A DNA stretch of 64,000 nt, taken from Eledone cirrhosa (Eukaryota). How positions within the stretch are numbered: the stretch's first letter is position 1; each line of letters opens with the position of its first letter. Positions 26,960 through 40,927 of the stretch are shown one piece after another. A program made the position numbers and the translations under genes. The notes beneath the pieces were generated by a model. The model had not been told where the DNA came from and searched no databases. It worked only from the letters and a program-made list of their open reading frames with translations. The stretch is from NCBI GenBank assembly GCA_964016885.1, contig OZ024754.1:14818001-14882000 (forward strand), read 5' to 3'.

Positions 26960-29122
26960 CTACCCCCCCCCCCCCCCGGGGTCATTATGGGGTTTGAGGG
27001 CGAGGTAAGTCCTACGCAATCTATGTTTACATGCAGTAACCAGTTCATCTTTCTTGTTTAGGAGTTGGTCCGTCGAAAACAGCATTTGTAAAGTTTCCTC
27101 CGAGCATAAATTGCACGGACGGCGTCCTCCCGTGTAAGAATTGGCTCTGGACAGTAATCTCCAAGTGAGATCATAGGTGATGTTGTTGTCCTTGAGGTCC
27201 CATATGTGGCCCGAAAGTGTAGTGGCGTGACGCCGGGCCGGGTTTCGGAAGGTATGTCTATGTTGGTATAGCCGGGTCTTGAAGTCACATGCGGTAAGTC
27301 CTATATAGGCTTTGTTGGAGGTATCCGTCCTCACGTTGCACTGGTAGATCACATTACGGTCTCTGCATCTATTGTCGAGTGGGAAAATAGATCTATCCGG
27401 GCAGTTACACCGCCTGGTCGGTTCTCCACTGCTATTTAGGTTATTTCTGCCATCGGGGTTGAGTTTTTTGTTGTTAGAGGAGACGATGTTTTGTGCGAAG
27501 TTTGGTGTAGTGCTGTAAGAGAGTTTGATGGTATTTTTGTTAATTATGTTGTGGTAGCGGTGTTGTAATGGGAAGTATTTTTCAATGAGCCTAAAGAATA
27601 GTTTCCCGATGGGAGTTGTCACCTCTGCGTTGTGGGGAGGATTGAACCATGTTACATTGCGTGAGCGGCGGTGTCTCCTGCTGGTCCCGCTAATGGGAGC
27701 TGGACAGTAGGATATTTCCTCCCGGAAACCACTCCGCTTGAGGGCCTGGTTGTAATAAGGCGCATGTTCATCGAATATCCGCTCATTAGCTGACAAACGG
27801 GATATGCGGAGGGAGATGTTTTTGACCAGGTTGTTTGTGATGTTCCTAGGATGGTTTGATCGGCGGTGGATGTAGTGCAGATTGTCATTAGGTTTCCTGT
27901 ATGGGTAGTACAGGTCGTTTTCGAGGTCGAGGGTCACGTCCAGGAAGTTTACTCTGGTCAGGGACGTTTGTAGGGTTATTTTAAATCCCCAGTCGCGGAA
28001 GAATCTGATTAATTGTTTCCGGACCCGATCTGTACTACTGGGGTTGTACCCTTTAAGGGTAAGGAGCCCATCATCACGGTACAATCCACCACCGAAAGCA
28101 GGAAACATATCAGTGAGTTTGGCTATTAGGAATAATCCTATAAGATCTGTGACCTCCGCCGAATCCGTGGCGCCCATGCTGACGTCGAAGGGTGAGTCGG
28201 GAGCTCTTTTTATCCATTTAGAGTCGTCAAAGAGTAAGACTGTCTTCCTGGCGTGGAGGATGATTTCTCTTTCCTGGTCGGTGATGGGCACAAGTGTTTC
28301 GGCGAAGTCCAAGGCGGCAGTAAGTAGCGGTAAGGTGATTGAAGCATAGTAGCTCTCTATGTCGAACTGTATGAATTTAGTTTCTCGTTTATCCTCCATA
28401 TTGCTGAACCAGGAGATTACTTCCTGGGTGTTGATCCATAGGCTAAGTCGGGTGTGTTGCTTGACTTTTGGTATCACGCGGTCTAGGATTTTTTTGCTGA
28501 TTCTCCCTATGTCGGACTTCGTTGGGTTAATAAGCCTGATAGAGGGTTTACGGTCAAAATCGGATTTATGGTCCTTCAGTGTGAAGTATGGTGTCCGTGG
28601 GTCTAGAGGTTCCGTGCGGTCGGCGACCCCGAGGCTGGAGGTGATTTGTTGTCCATCTCGATTTATGTCCTCGATGCAAGATAGGTTGGCCTTTTTATAG
28701 GTGGAGTTTAGGCTGCTCCTGATCAGTGTGTGGTATCTGTCAGGGTTGACAAAGTATAGGTTCCCAGTTTTATCCGAATGCACCATGATGTCATTTGTGT
28801 TATCATACTCTGTTAGGTTGCTACGGAGTTTTTGTAGGAATCGGTTGTGTCTGGGTTTAAATTTAATGTTCTTGACCAGTTGGAAGAGGTCGTTCTCGAA
28901 GGGTGCGAGCAAGGGGTTCAGGGGCGGAGATTTGTAGGTAATAAATCCGAATCTCTCCTTGGTGCCGAAGTCTTGGTTGTCGCAATATCTGTCATAGAAA
29001 AAAGTTCTCCATCTAAGTCTTTTCGCAAATAGATCGATTTTTTGCGTGAGCATCCGAAGGTAAAGTTTTTTCGGTGGGATTGGGATGTTCTTGGTAGAGA
29101 AGTCAATGTTGTGTTTTCGCAT
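26960..29122 (-). CDS. Penelope-like element polyprotein (RT + C-terminal GIY-YIG endonuclease), about 720 aa, probably Hydra-type clade
   Basis: Uninterrupted ORF. RT motifs FIQFDIESYYASI, FDVSMGATDSAEVTDLIG, LYRDDGL, NFLDVTLDL; thumb YPYRKPN..YIHRRSNHP; WFNPP; CNC linker; GIY-YIG VIYQC..AYIGLT..FKTRLYQH; C-terminal CNLC and CKH. Start placed at MRKHNIDFSTKNIPIP because the ATG at 29224 lies in an adjoining, unrelated inverted repeat. Confidence 0.93.
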   Translation of the reverse strand: MRKHNIDFSTKNIPIPPKKLYLRMLTQKIDLFAKRLRWRTFFYDRYCDNQDFGTKERFGFITYKSPPLNPLLAPFENDLFQLVKNIKFKPRHNRFLQKLRSNLTEYDNTNDIMVHSDKTGNLYFVNPDRYHTLIRSSLNSTYKKANLSCIEDINRDGQQITSSLGVADRTEPLDPRTPYFTLKDHKSDFDRKPSIRLINPTKSDIGRISKKILDRVIPKVKQHTRLSLWINTQEVISWFSNMEDKRETKFIQFDIESYYASITLPLLTAALDFAETLVPITDQEREIILHARKTVLLFDDSKWIKRAPDSPFDVSMGATDSAEVTDLIGLFLIAKLTDMFPAFGGGLYRDDGLLTLKGYNPSSTDRVRKQLIRFFRDWGFKITLQTSLTRVNFLDVTLDLENDLYYPYRKPNDNLHYIHRRSNHPRNITNNLVKNISLRISRLSANERIFDEHAPYYNQALKRSGFREEISYCPAPISGTSRRHRRSRNVTWFNPPHNAEVTTPIGKLFFRLIEKYFPLQHRYHNIINKNTIKLSYSTTPNFAQNIVSSNNKKLNPDGRNNLNSSGEPTRRCNCPDRSIFPLDNRCRDRNVIYQCNVRTDTSNKAYIGLTACDFKTRLYQHRHTFRNPARRHATTLSGHIWDLKDNNITYDLTWRLLSRANSYTGGRRPCNLCSEETLQMLFSTDQLLNKKDELVTACKHRLRRTYLALKPHNDPGGGGG

Positions 29123-29215
29123 GGTGCGGGTGAAATGAATTGGGCTTAGCGGAAAAGTCTGGATACGGCGTGGTAAGGTCGGAAAGTGCTCTACTACGGG
29201 GGTAGGAGCTAGATA

Positions 29216-29494
29216 ACGTACCATAAATATTGAGCAACCTTTATGTAAAGGTTGCTCAATATTTATGGTACGTCAAAATTATTTATAAAACTGTTTATAT
29301 ATTGTATTTTATCTGAAGAAGGCATGCCATATTTTTAATATGGTATCCCCGAAATATGTATAATGAAATAAATATGGTTTTATAAATATAGTTTCCATTT
29401 GTTTAATATCGTATATCTACTCCAAAACTTGTCGAGTGCTTTATATCAGTTATAAAATATTTACTTGTAACCCAACAATTTTAAATAAAACTTT

Positions 29495-29497
<3 letters not shown>
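29216..29497 (+). mobile_element. Family A PLE-type 3' fragment with a perfect 28-bp 5' hairpin (29216-29273)
   Basis: Homologous to 35926-36090, 38647-38918, 46693-46965 and 53823-54045; ends cttttgca(TA)n. Confidence 0.85.
29305..29370 (+). ncRNA. Minimal type I HHR (family A)
   Basis: uauuuuau-CUGAAGA-stem II (augccauauu/aauaugguau)-GAAA-uaugua-UA-augaaaua. Confidence 0.8.
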
Positions 29498-30379
<882 letters not shown>

Positions 30380-30845
30380 AGGAATTTGTAGTTTACTTGA
30401 AGTATTGTATATGGTATAAATTATTCGAGGTTTGAAAGCCACGCCAATGCGAATTGGACGGAAAATAATTATATCGTAAGATACAGGAGGTGTTTTTTAC
30501 ATTAATTTATTCATATATTCTAATGTTTTGAGATTAATATCTCTTCTTCCGAGGAAAATAAAGGAACTATTCCAGTGTCCGATTTGGCTTACGATACCAT
30601 GCTGACCGGAAGTGGTATTTGACAGCGTGGTATAACAAGCCAGATCGCTCAAAAACATTTCTTTTCTCTGCTTTCTCTCCTTATAGCCTCTTGCTATTAT
30701 TCCTTTATTATATAACTGTTATGCAATATGCACCCGATGATGTCACCAGGATCTTACGTTCCCTGGCCACTGAAATGTACATGTGTTTGCTGAAATAAAT
30801 CTTTGAAGGAATTTATATATATACATATATATATATTTATATATG

Positions 30846-30889
<44 letters not shown>

Positions 30890-30936
30890 ACATATGAATA
30901 TATAATACACACACACATACATATATGTATATATAG

Positions 30937-30968
<32 letters not shown>

Positions 30969-31106
30969 TGGTCAGTACTACAAATGCGCCATGTTAGGTA
31001 CGTACGTTTCGTTGACCGTTGACGAGCAACCTGTGACGTGAAAAAGAATGTATATAGGCCTATAACTCCTTTAGATTTACCCTAAATCTTCGCGTATACA
31101 CACACA

Positions 31107-31215
<109 letters not shown>

Positions 31216-31375
31216 AAAGTCAGACTACTAATATAAAGTGTTTCCCGGTTTGATGGAAGAATCATTTGATACTATTTTGTTAGAGTTTGGAGACCTACCG
31301 GGTCTCTTTCGAAATGTTGATAACTTCCTAAAAATGTCTCCCAACAATCATTGCTATATAATATATATATATATA

Positions 31376-32031
31376 TCATCATCATCATCATCATCATCAT
31401 CAGGTTTAGCGTCCGTGTTCCACGCTTGCATGGGTTTGGACGGGGGTTTTCCCACTTGAGGCAAGAGTGGTTGTCTTGCTCGCATAGGACTGTCTGGCGG
31501 GTTTTCTACAGTTGGATGCCCTTCCTAACACCAACCACATTTACAGTGTGGGGCTGGGAGGTTTTTACCGTGTTGCCTACACGGCCACATTACAGCGTGG
31601 ACTGTCTGGCGGGTTTTCTACAGCTGGATGCCCTTCCTAACACCAACCACATTTACAGTGTGGGGCTGGGAGGTTTTTACCGTGTTGCCTACACGGCCAC
31701 ATTTACAGCGTGGACTGTGTGTTTTTTGTCGTGACACCTACACGATCTCATTTGTTTCGGCCTGGATGTTGTGGGACCAACATAACTTTACATTGAAAGG
31801 GGCGGTGTGGGTGGGGTGGAGGTGGTGGGACGGGGGTGTGTTTTGATAGAGATGCCTACTGACTGTAGTAGGTTTTTACTTTGTATTTAGGTAAGGCGGG
31901 TCTTCTCTATTACTGAGTACCGCCAAAGGTCTCGGTCCAGTGACATTGTCTTGGAGAGGTGTAAGCGTGTGAGGTCGGAATTTATCAGCTCGTCCCATGT
32001 TTTTCTGGGTCTGCCTACTCCGTGGCTACCG
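31376..32031 (-). mobile_element. RTE-clade LINE 3' fragment with (ATG)n tail and internal 112-bp duplication
   Basis: Minus frame [35 protein letters not shown] at ~31887-32030; ggatgcccttcctaac motif. Confidence 0.85.
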
Positions 32032-32035
32032 TCTA

Positions 32036-32122
<87 letters not shown>

Positions 32123-32570
32123 CAGGTGACTGTCTGCATATATATATATATCACAGATATATGTGTGTGTGTGTGTGCGTGCATGTGTTTGTGCGTGTGC
32201 ATGTGTGCATGCGTGTGTGTGTATGCATGTGTCTATGTGTGTGATTGTGTATGTGTATATGTGTGTGTATGTGTCTATGTGTGTGATTGTGTGTGTGTGT
32301 ATGTGTATGTGTATATGTGTTGATCGTCCACCACCTTGTTGGTCGTTCACCTCACTACAGCCACCACCCACTGCTCTACTGCTTCATCCCAATATGAATG
32401 TGTGTGTGTGTGTATGTGTGTGTGTGTGTATGTATGTTTGTGTGTGTATGTGTGTGTGCGCGCATGTGTGTGTATGTATATGTATGTATGTGTGTGTATG
32501 TATGTGTGTGTGTATGCGTGTGTGTGTGTGTGTATGTATATGTATGTGCGTGTGAGTATGTGTGTGTATG

Positions 32571-32640
<70 letters not shown>

Positions 32641-32815
32641 TGAGTGTGCGTCAGTTTGGGTGTTTTCTCTGCGCATCAGCTTCTCACGTTTAGAGAAATG
32701 ATACACTGGCTTTCACACAATAACAATAGACCGAGTGCAAATCAATAGATCGATATGTACGTGTGTCTATAAGTGTGTCTGTTTGTAAGTGGCCTGCAGT
32801 AGGTCTTTGTGTACT

Positions 32816-32856
<41 letters not shown>

Positions 32857-33006
32857 TTGTAGATGTTTAGGTGTACTGCAGAAGGCCAGTGTGGGCTTGG
32901 ATGTGTCTGTATTTGTGGGGGGGGGGGGCCTTCAGTCGGTCTGTTCATTTGCATATATATATATATGTGTGTGTCTAGGTGTCAAGGTGAGTTTGCATAT
33001 GTGTAC

Positions 33007-33042
<36 letters not shown>

Positions 33043-33111
33043 TTGTGTGCGTATAAGATTGGTGCAACGTGGTAATATGTTTTTGCATGTGTATGCTTGT
33101 GTGTGTTTATG

Positions 33112-33152
<41 letters not shown>

Positions 33153-33180
33153 ATGTATCTAGGTGTCAAGGTGAGTTTGC

Positions 33181-33224
<44 letters not shown>

Positions 33225-33248
33225 ATCTAGGTGTCAAGGTGAGTTTGC

Positions 33249-33286
<38 letters not shown>

Positions 33287-33925
33287 TTGTGTGTGTATAA
33301 GATTGGTGCAACGTGGTAATGTTTTTGCATATGTGTATGCCTGTGAGTGTTTATGGGTGCTGTAGTGTGCCAGTGTGTGTTTGCATATATGTGTGTGTGT
33401 GTGAGTGTATAAGAGCAGTGCATGTGTCAATGTGTGTTTACATATGTGTGTGTGTGAGTGTCTCGCTATACTGTAGTGTGTGTGTGGCGTGTGCGCGTGT
33501 TTGTGTGTGTGTGTACGTATGTTTCTGAGTGTCAAGGTGTGCTGCAGTGTGTCAGTGTGTTTGCATGTGTCTATATGTATGTTTGTAAGTGTTTAGGTGT
33601 ACTGCAATGTGTGTGTGTGTGTGTGTGTGAGTATGTAGGTGTACTGTAGCGTGTCAGTATATGTTTGCAAAGATGTGTATAGGAGTTCTGTCCGCGAGGG
33701 ATTGTAAGTGTGTGTGTTTGTCTATGTTTGCATGTGTGTGTGTGTATGTGTATGAGTGTGCATGTGCATGTGTGTGTATGTGTGTATGTGTGTGTGTCTA
33801 GATGTACTATAGTGTGTAGTTTGTACTGTTTCAGAAGTACAATAGACTCAGTCAGTAGAAGTGACAATAGAAAATTTACATTACATGGAAACAAACAGAT
33901 AGGTACTCACACACTCACACACACA

Positions 33926-34014
<89 letters not shown>

Positions 34015-34023
34015 GTACACACG

Positions 34024-34093
<70 letters not shown>

Positions 34094-34879
34094 CACATAT
34101 TCAATGTGTTATTCCGAGCTGAGGTTTGTAATAGTGAAATGTGTAAAGAAAAAATTGTTAATTCCCAACAAACGGCAAACATAAACCACACCCCTCTACT
34201 CTCTCTCTCTCTCTCTCTTTGTCTGCCTCCTCTCTCTCTCAGACTCTTTGTCTCCCTCCTCTCCCCTCTCTCTCTCGCTCTCATTCTTCGTCTCCCCCTC
34301 TCTCTCTCTCTCTCTCTCATTCTTTGTCTCTCTCCTCCTCTCTCTCTCACACTCTTTTTCTCCCTCCCCTCTCTCTCACTCTTTGTCTCCCTCCTTTCTA
34401 TCTCTCCCTATCTCTCTCACTATTTGCCCCCCCCTCTCTGTCCCTCTCCCATCTCTATCTCTCTCCCTTATACCTCTCATTCTCCTCCCTCTCCACAATT
34501 ACCGCTCAAACAACCCCTCTATTGCATAGTAAATGATAATAATTGCTATATATTTGCCACAAAGACCCACACATCACAACACAAACGGTGGTACAAGATA
34601 CGTGGAGATGAACACTCACACACGCACTCACTCACACACACGCACACACTCACACACTCACACACACACATACTCACACGCACATGGCACACACAGACAG
34701 AGCAATATCTAAATATAAAAGGGCAATCCTCTGGCATAAATTTTGTTGTGCACCCCTTGGTCAGAAGAACGTTGCACCACCCTAAACCAACAATCTTCTG
34801 CCCCAGGGCTTCATCTTGATATTCCCTAAGTGCTGCTGTGAATATCCAGTGTCTTGTAAGACGAGAAACATCCCGCATC

Positions 34880-35392
34880 CTTTTAGCACAAGGTCAACAA
34901 TTTGAAAAGGAGGGGAAGATTGATTAAACCCAGCCCATTACGTTTCTCGTACTTTATTTTATCGATCCCAGAAGGTTAAAAGGCAAAGCTAGCCTCGCTT
35001 GGATTTGAACTCAGGACGTAAAGAGTTGTAATGAAACACTGCAAAGCATTTCACCCGACGCTCTACCGATTCTGCTAAGCCAGCGCCCTTTCCATATTGA
35101 CGATGATAATGATGGGTTCTGATTTAGGCACAGGACCAACAATTTGAGAGGAGGGGAAAGTCGATTAAATCGACCCCGTAAGGATGAAAGGCAAAGCTAA
35201 CTCTGGCCTGATTTGAACCCAGAACGTTAAGAGCCGTAACTCTATGCTGCAAAGCAGGGTGACCGACACTTTATGAATGAAAGGCAAAGTTCGTCATCGA
35301 CAGGATTTGAACTCAGATCGTAAAGCACCGCAGTTAAATATCACAATGCACCTTGCTCGACGATCTGGCAGTTCTACCAATGCACCACTCTC
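34880..35392 (-). mobile_element. Cluster of older, longer SINE S1 copies (others ~660-810, 16772-16915, 62675-62830)
   Basis: Diverged S1 body with an extra gaggggaa..gattaaa segment. Confidence 0.75.
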
Positions 35393-35983
35393 ATGATGGT
35401 GATGATGATGATAAGACTGAAATAGTCATCTAACTCAGGTAGACAGACAAGCATCATTTCAGATATAATCTGGTCACTCGAGAAACAAGTTTTTATAATA
35501 ATGTATTTATTAAATACGTATTTCCGTTAGTAAAAAAAATGGCGAGGCGTTGTTCGTTTAGGTTTTGTACGGTTAACTGCTTCGGTAGTTCAATGACCCG
35601 CCCGCTGGTCAAACCCCGCAATGTTATTTGCATGCAGATATTCAATTTGTGCATTGTGCGCATTTATTCAAAGTGGTGCATGGACATACATAAAACATAG
35701 CCACGAGCAGAGAATGTTCTTTATGTAACCATAACACGTGGTTTGGGGATTGAACCCTCTGCGTGACGATTTGGGCTTGTCTTCTGCTGTAGCCTCACAT
35801 TAACAGTTACCTTGTTCTCCATGAGTGGAAACTGGGAGCAGTTCAGAGGTCTATCATTTTATATATATATATATATATATACATATATATGTATATACGA
35901 ATGTATGAAATATATATATATATAGTAATGGTTGCATTTTTTAAGGGTATGTCAATATTTATTTATAAAACTGATCTATATTA

Positions 35984-36048
35984 TATTTTGTCTGATGAAA
36001 GCACACCATAATTTAACTTGGTGTCCTTGAAATATGTATAATGAAATA
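35984..36048 (+). ncRNA. Minimal type I HHR (family A; element 35926-36090)
   Basis: uauuuugu-CUGAUGA-aag cacacca..uggugu ccuu-GAAA-uaugua-UA-augaaaua. Confidence 0.82.
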
Positions 36049-36087
36049 AATATGGTTTTATAAATATAGTTTCCATTTGTCAATATC

Positions 36088-36153
<66 letters not shown>

Positions 36154-36158
36154 ATATA

Positions 36159-36238
<80 letters not shown>

Positions 36239-36596
36239 CATACGTACAAACATACATAGAGATATCCGGGCTTACATGACCGCAGTTCATTGACCGAAGC
36301 AAACACACACACACAAATGTGTTTGTATATGATTATATATATACACATACACAAATACACAAACACATACACACTTACATACATACACAGGAGAAAAATT
36401 GTCTGGAGGAAAAAAATCACGCACACAAAGAAAGAAACAATAGATAAATAAATACAGATAAAAATGTTTGAAAGAAGCCTTTGAGTCGGCTTGAGAGAGG
36501 ACACACTCCATTGACCGTAGCTAATGGAGCTGGTTGGCAACTAGTGAATCAGTTAACAACGGTCGCCTGGACTTCTACGACATCGGGAACAACGTC

Positions 36597-37259
<663 letters not shown>

Positions 37260-37532
37260 AGCCAGGAAAAGATGCAGCCTCATGATCATGCAACATCTCT
37301 GTTGCATAAAATGTAAAGTGTGCTACACCTGCATTACTGCTTTTAGTACAGGTATATAGATATCGATCAATTGATCAATCGAACGCCAGACAATAGATGA
37401 CCAGGTAGATAGGTAGGATAGGGAGGTGGGGATGTAGATAGGTAGGGATGTAGGTAGGTAGGTAGGTAGGTAGGGATGTAGGTAGGTAGGTAGATAGATA
37501 GATAGATAGATAGATATATAGATATATAGATG

Positions 37533-37579
<47 letters not shown>

Positions 37580-37580
<1 letters not shown>

Positions 37581-37718
37581 TGTTTCTTTTATTTGCCACC
37601 AGGGCATCAAAAGTGAAGCAAGTACAATGGGGGGAGTTTACAAAACAAGGCGTCCTCAATAAGGAGGAGGCAATAACAATATATAAAAATAAAATAAAAT
37701 ATAACAAAAAATAAAATT

Positions 37719-37719
<1 letters not shown>
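37580..37719 (-). mobile_element. 3' UTR fragment of the Tx1-like family in (AGAT)n
   Basis: Reverse complement of 41567-41708. Confidence 0.85.
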
Positions 37720-37761
<42 letters not shown>

Positions 37762-37987
37762 ATAGATAGGGATGTAGAATGGTAGGTAGATATGTAGGTA
37801 GATAGACATGTAGGCTGATAGTAATGTAGGTAAGTAGGTAGGTAGGTTGGTAGTGGATATCTAACTAGCTAAGTACAACTTAATATATTGGCTGATAGAT
37901 GTGTCGCAGAGGCTGATAATATATGTAAACGTGTGTACTATGGTTGTGTCAACACTATATATTTATATGGATGGACACATATAAACA

Positions 37988-38064
<77 letters not shown>

Positions 38065-38096
38065 AAGCATATATATGTATATATATATATATATAT

Positions 38097-38520
38097 ACTG
38101 AACCGAGACCTTTGGCGGTACTCAGTAACAGAGAAGACCCGCCTTGCCAGTAGGCATCTCTAACAAAATACACCCCGTCCCGCCACCACCCCCACCCCAT
38201 CCACACCACCCCGTTCTATGTAAAGTTATGTTGGTGCCGCGCCATCCAGGCCGAAACAAATGAGATGGTGTAGGTGTCACGACAAAAAAACACACAGTCC
38301 ACGCTGTAATGTGGCCGTGTAGGCAACACGGTAAAAACCTCCCAGACCCACACTGTAAATGTGGTTGGTGTTAGGAAGGGCATCCAACTGTAGAAAACCT
38401 GCCAGACAGTCCTATGCGAGCAAGACAATCACTCTTGCCTCAAGTGGAACTACCCCCGTCCAAACCCATGCAAGCGTGGAACACGGACGTTAAACGTTGA
38501 TGATGATGATGATGATGATG
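38097..38520 (+). mobile_element. RTE 3' fragment, same family
   Basis: Reverse complement of 31376-31937; (GAT)n tail. Confidence 0.85.
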
Positions 38521-38547
38521 ATATATACACACACACACACATATATA

Positions 38548-38582
<35 letters not shown>

Positions 38583-38588
38583 ATGTAT

Positions 38589-38648
<60 letters not shown>

Positions 38649-38723
38649 CCGGGAGCTTCCAGCAGGAATGGTTGCATTTTTTAAGGGTATGTCAATATTT
38701 ATTTATAAAACTGATCTATATTA

Positions 38724-38788
38724 TATTTTGTCTGATGAAAGCACACCATAATTTAACTTGGTGTCCTTGAAATATGTATAATGAAATA
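38724..38788 (+). ncRNA. Minimal type I HHR (family A; element 38647-38918)
   Basis: Identical to 35984-36048. Confidence 0.82.
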
Positions 38789-39160
38789 AATATGGTTTTA
38801 TAAATATACTTTCCATTTGTTAATATCGTATGTTTACTCCAAATACTTGTTGAGTGCTTTATATCAGTTATAAAAATATTTGCTTGTTGTATCCCAACAA
38901 TTTAAATAGAACTTTTGCATATATATATATATATGTAAGTATGTATACGTACATACATATATGTATACAGATGTACAGTAGTATGTATATACATACATAC
39001 ATGCACACATACATATATGTAAGAAAGTGAGGGTTTTTTTACAAAATGAAAAATAATCGAGGTGTCCTACACGAGTGAAAGTATAAGGAAAAAAGATGAA
39101 ATCGAAAATGCAACTGGAGTCTTTTTTTTTTTTAAATATATATATATATTTATTTGGTTC

Positions 39161-39196
39161 CTTTACCGGTTTCGCAGTTCTTCTGCTTTTCAAAAG
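39161..39196 (-). ncRNA. 36-nt minimal HHR with U3-A8 core
   Basis: cuu-UUGAAAA-gcag aagaa cugc-GAAA-ccgg-UA-aag. Confidence 0.62.
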
Positions 39197-39774
39197 TAGA
39201 GTTGAGATGGAGGGTCTGTGGTTTTTCTCACACATATATATACACACACACACAGTGATTGACTATTTTGGCACAGTGTCTGCCAAAATAGTCAATCACT
39301 GTCCTAGGAGTAAACAGACTAGCATGAAGAAGAGACAGAAAGAAGAAAGAACATATAATCAACGAGGAGGTCACAGAATGAGCGACGAAAGAGCTTTGAC
39401 AAAGTAATCAACAACTAATGACAATAGAGCTGAAGTGAAAGTCTGGTAGTGCGTGTGTTTGTATTGGCAAGATTGGCAAAACAACATTGCATGCTGCCCA
39501 AGTCCACTTTACTGAAAATGAGTACCAGCTCTAGCTATAGGTGCGATGTCCTCTTGTCCAGCAGGGATGGCTTGTACCAAAAAAACAGGGATAACCACTG
39601 ATCTGGTGAGCCTCCGGTCTTGGAGCAGACTTTCTTTCTCTATATCTAACTCAGTGCAGTATCTTTCTAAGGATGACATTGTGTATCGTTTTCTAAACTT
39701 CTTCTTATCGTGTCCACCGTAGCTTTGTGGCTTGTAGCTTTCATCTTGTAGCTGAAAACTGTTGCTTGTGGTGG

Positions 39775-40030
39775 TAGGATTAGCAATATCTTATCAATAC
39801 TTCCAGGGCACAGCAATAGGATTAACAGTCTCTTATCAATACTGCTAGGGCCACAGTGATAGGGTTATTCGTATCTTATCAATACAGCCAGGGCCACAGT
39901 GATAGGGTTATTCGTATCTTATCAATACTGCCAGGCCACAGTGATAGGGTTAGTCGTATCTTATCAATACTGCCAGGGCCATAGCAATAGGATTAGTAGT
40001 ATCTTATCAACATTGCAGGGCCACATCAAT
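39775..40030. repeat. ~41-bp degenerate tandem repeat (tcttatcaatactgccagggccacagtgataggg)
   Basis: About six copies. Confidence 0.85.
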
Positions 40031-40313
40031 AGGTTTAGCCGTCTGTTATAAACCATATTATGTCGTACTGGGAGTTAATATCTTTGGACAGCTGAAGTTC
40101 ACATGTGTTATAACCCCTTTTAAAATGTGACATAAACAACATTTTTGGTCGCGTATTGAGGCATTAAGGACTTCAGTTTCTTCTGTTCTTTACATATTCC
40201 ATAGTGATTTCCTGCTATGACAAGTCTTAACCTTCGAAATGTGACTAGGTGTATGTGTGAGTGTTTGTTTGTGTGTGTTTGAGTGTGTATGTGTATATAT
40301 GCATATAAATATG

Positions 40314-40347
<34 letters not shown>

Positions 40348-40927
40348 TGTATGTATGTTAAGAGTCAATAGTCATCCAAAATCACCGGGAGAGATGACCC
40401 CTTAGCCTTTGTCAAGGCAGAATTCTAGGAGAAGGAAAACTCTGATATAACACCTGCAACCCTGATGGTATCCAATGATGTTGACTTGTTCTTCTTTTTG
40501 GTAAATATCATCTTGGTTAAGAGAGTGGGACTGGCTTTGTGCAGTGCCTTTGCTCACTATAAAAGCTTCACAGCACAGGCATTGCTTTATATCTGGAGAT
40601 CTCTCTGCACTTGTCATCACATGGTACCATGGGCCCTGCACTATGTGTCAATAATGGTCACAAGTGTAGTCTTTGTACCAGAGTTTTCAAGTCGCTGGCT
40701 GGACTAAAAAGTCACATTCGTTCAGCGCATCGGTAGGGGTTCTCCTACATGGATATAAAGTAGTGGCCGTACTCGAAAACGAGTTGGCAGCCACCATGTA
40801 TGTATGTAGGTATGTATGTATGTGGGTATGTAAGTGTAATCTGCGTTTATGTATTAGCATTCATGCTTGTGACATAAATGCTGATGTGTATATCTATCTA
40901 TCTATCTATCTATTTATCTATCTATAG

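Larger units (their letters stand above)
25673..29215 (-). mobile_element. Near full-length PLE (family E): short 5' leader, ORF, ~1.1 kb 3' UTR, HHR and tail, ending in (TA)n
   Basis: The 3' terminus (aacgaaggaaatgtggtaagg on +) abuts (TA)n at 25627-25672, and the same terminus recurs in several short copies in the window. Confidence 0.88.

Noticed and set aside
29123-29224. N-terminal 34-aa extension of the PLE ORF
   Set aside because: The ATG comes from the inverted arm of the adjoining family A fragment; the rest is probably 5' leader.
33835-33902. Possible small host exon (tttcag..gtactc; STIDSVSRSDNRKFTLHGNKQI)
   Set aside because: Weak donor, no recognisable homology and no partner exons; needs RNA-seq.
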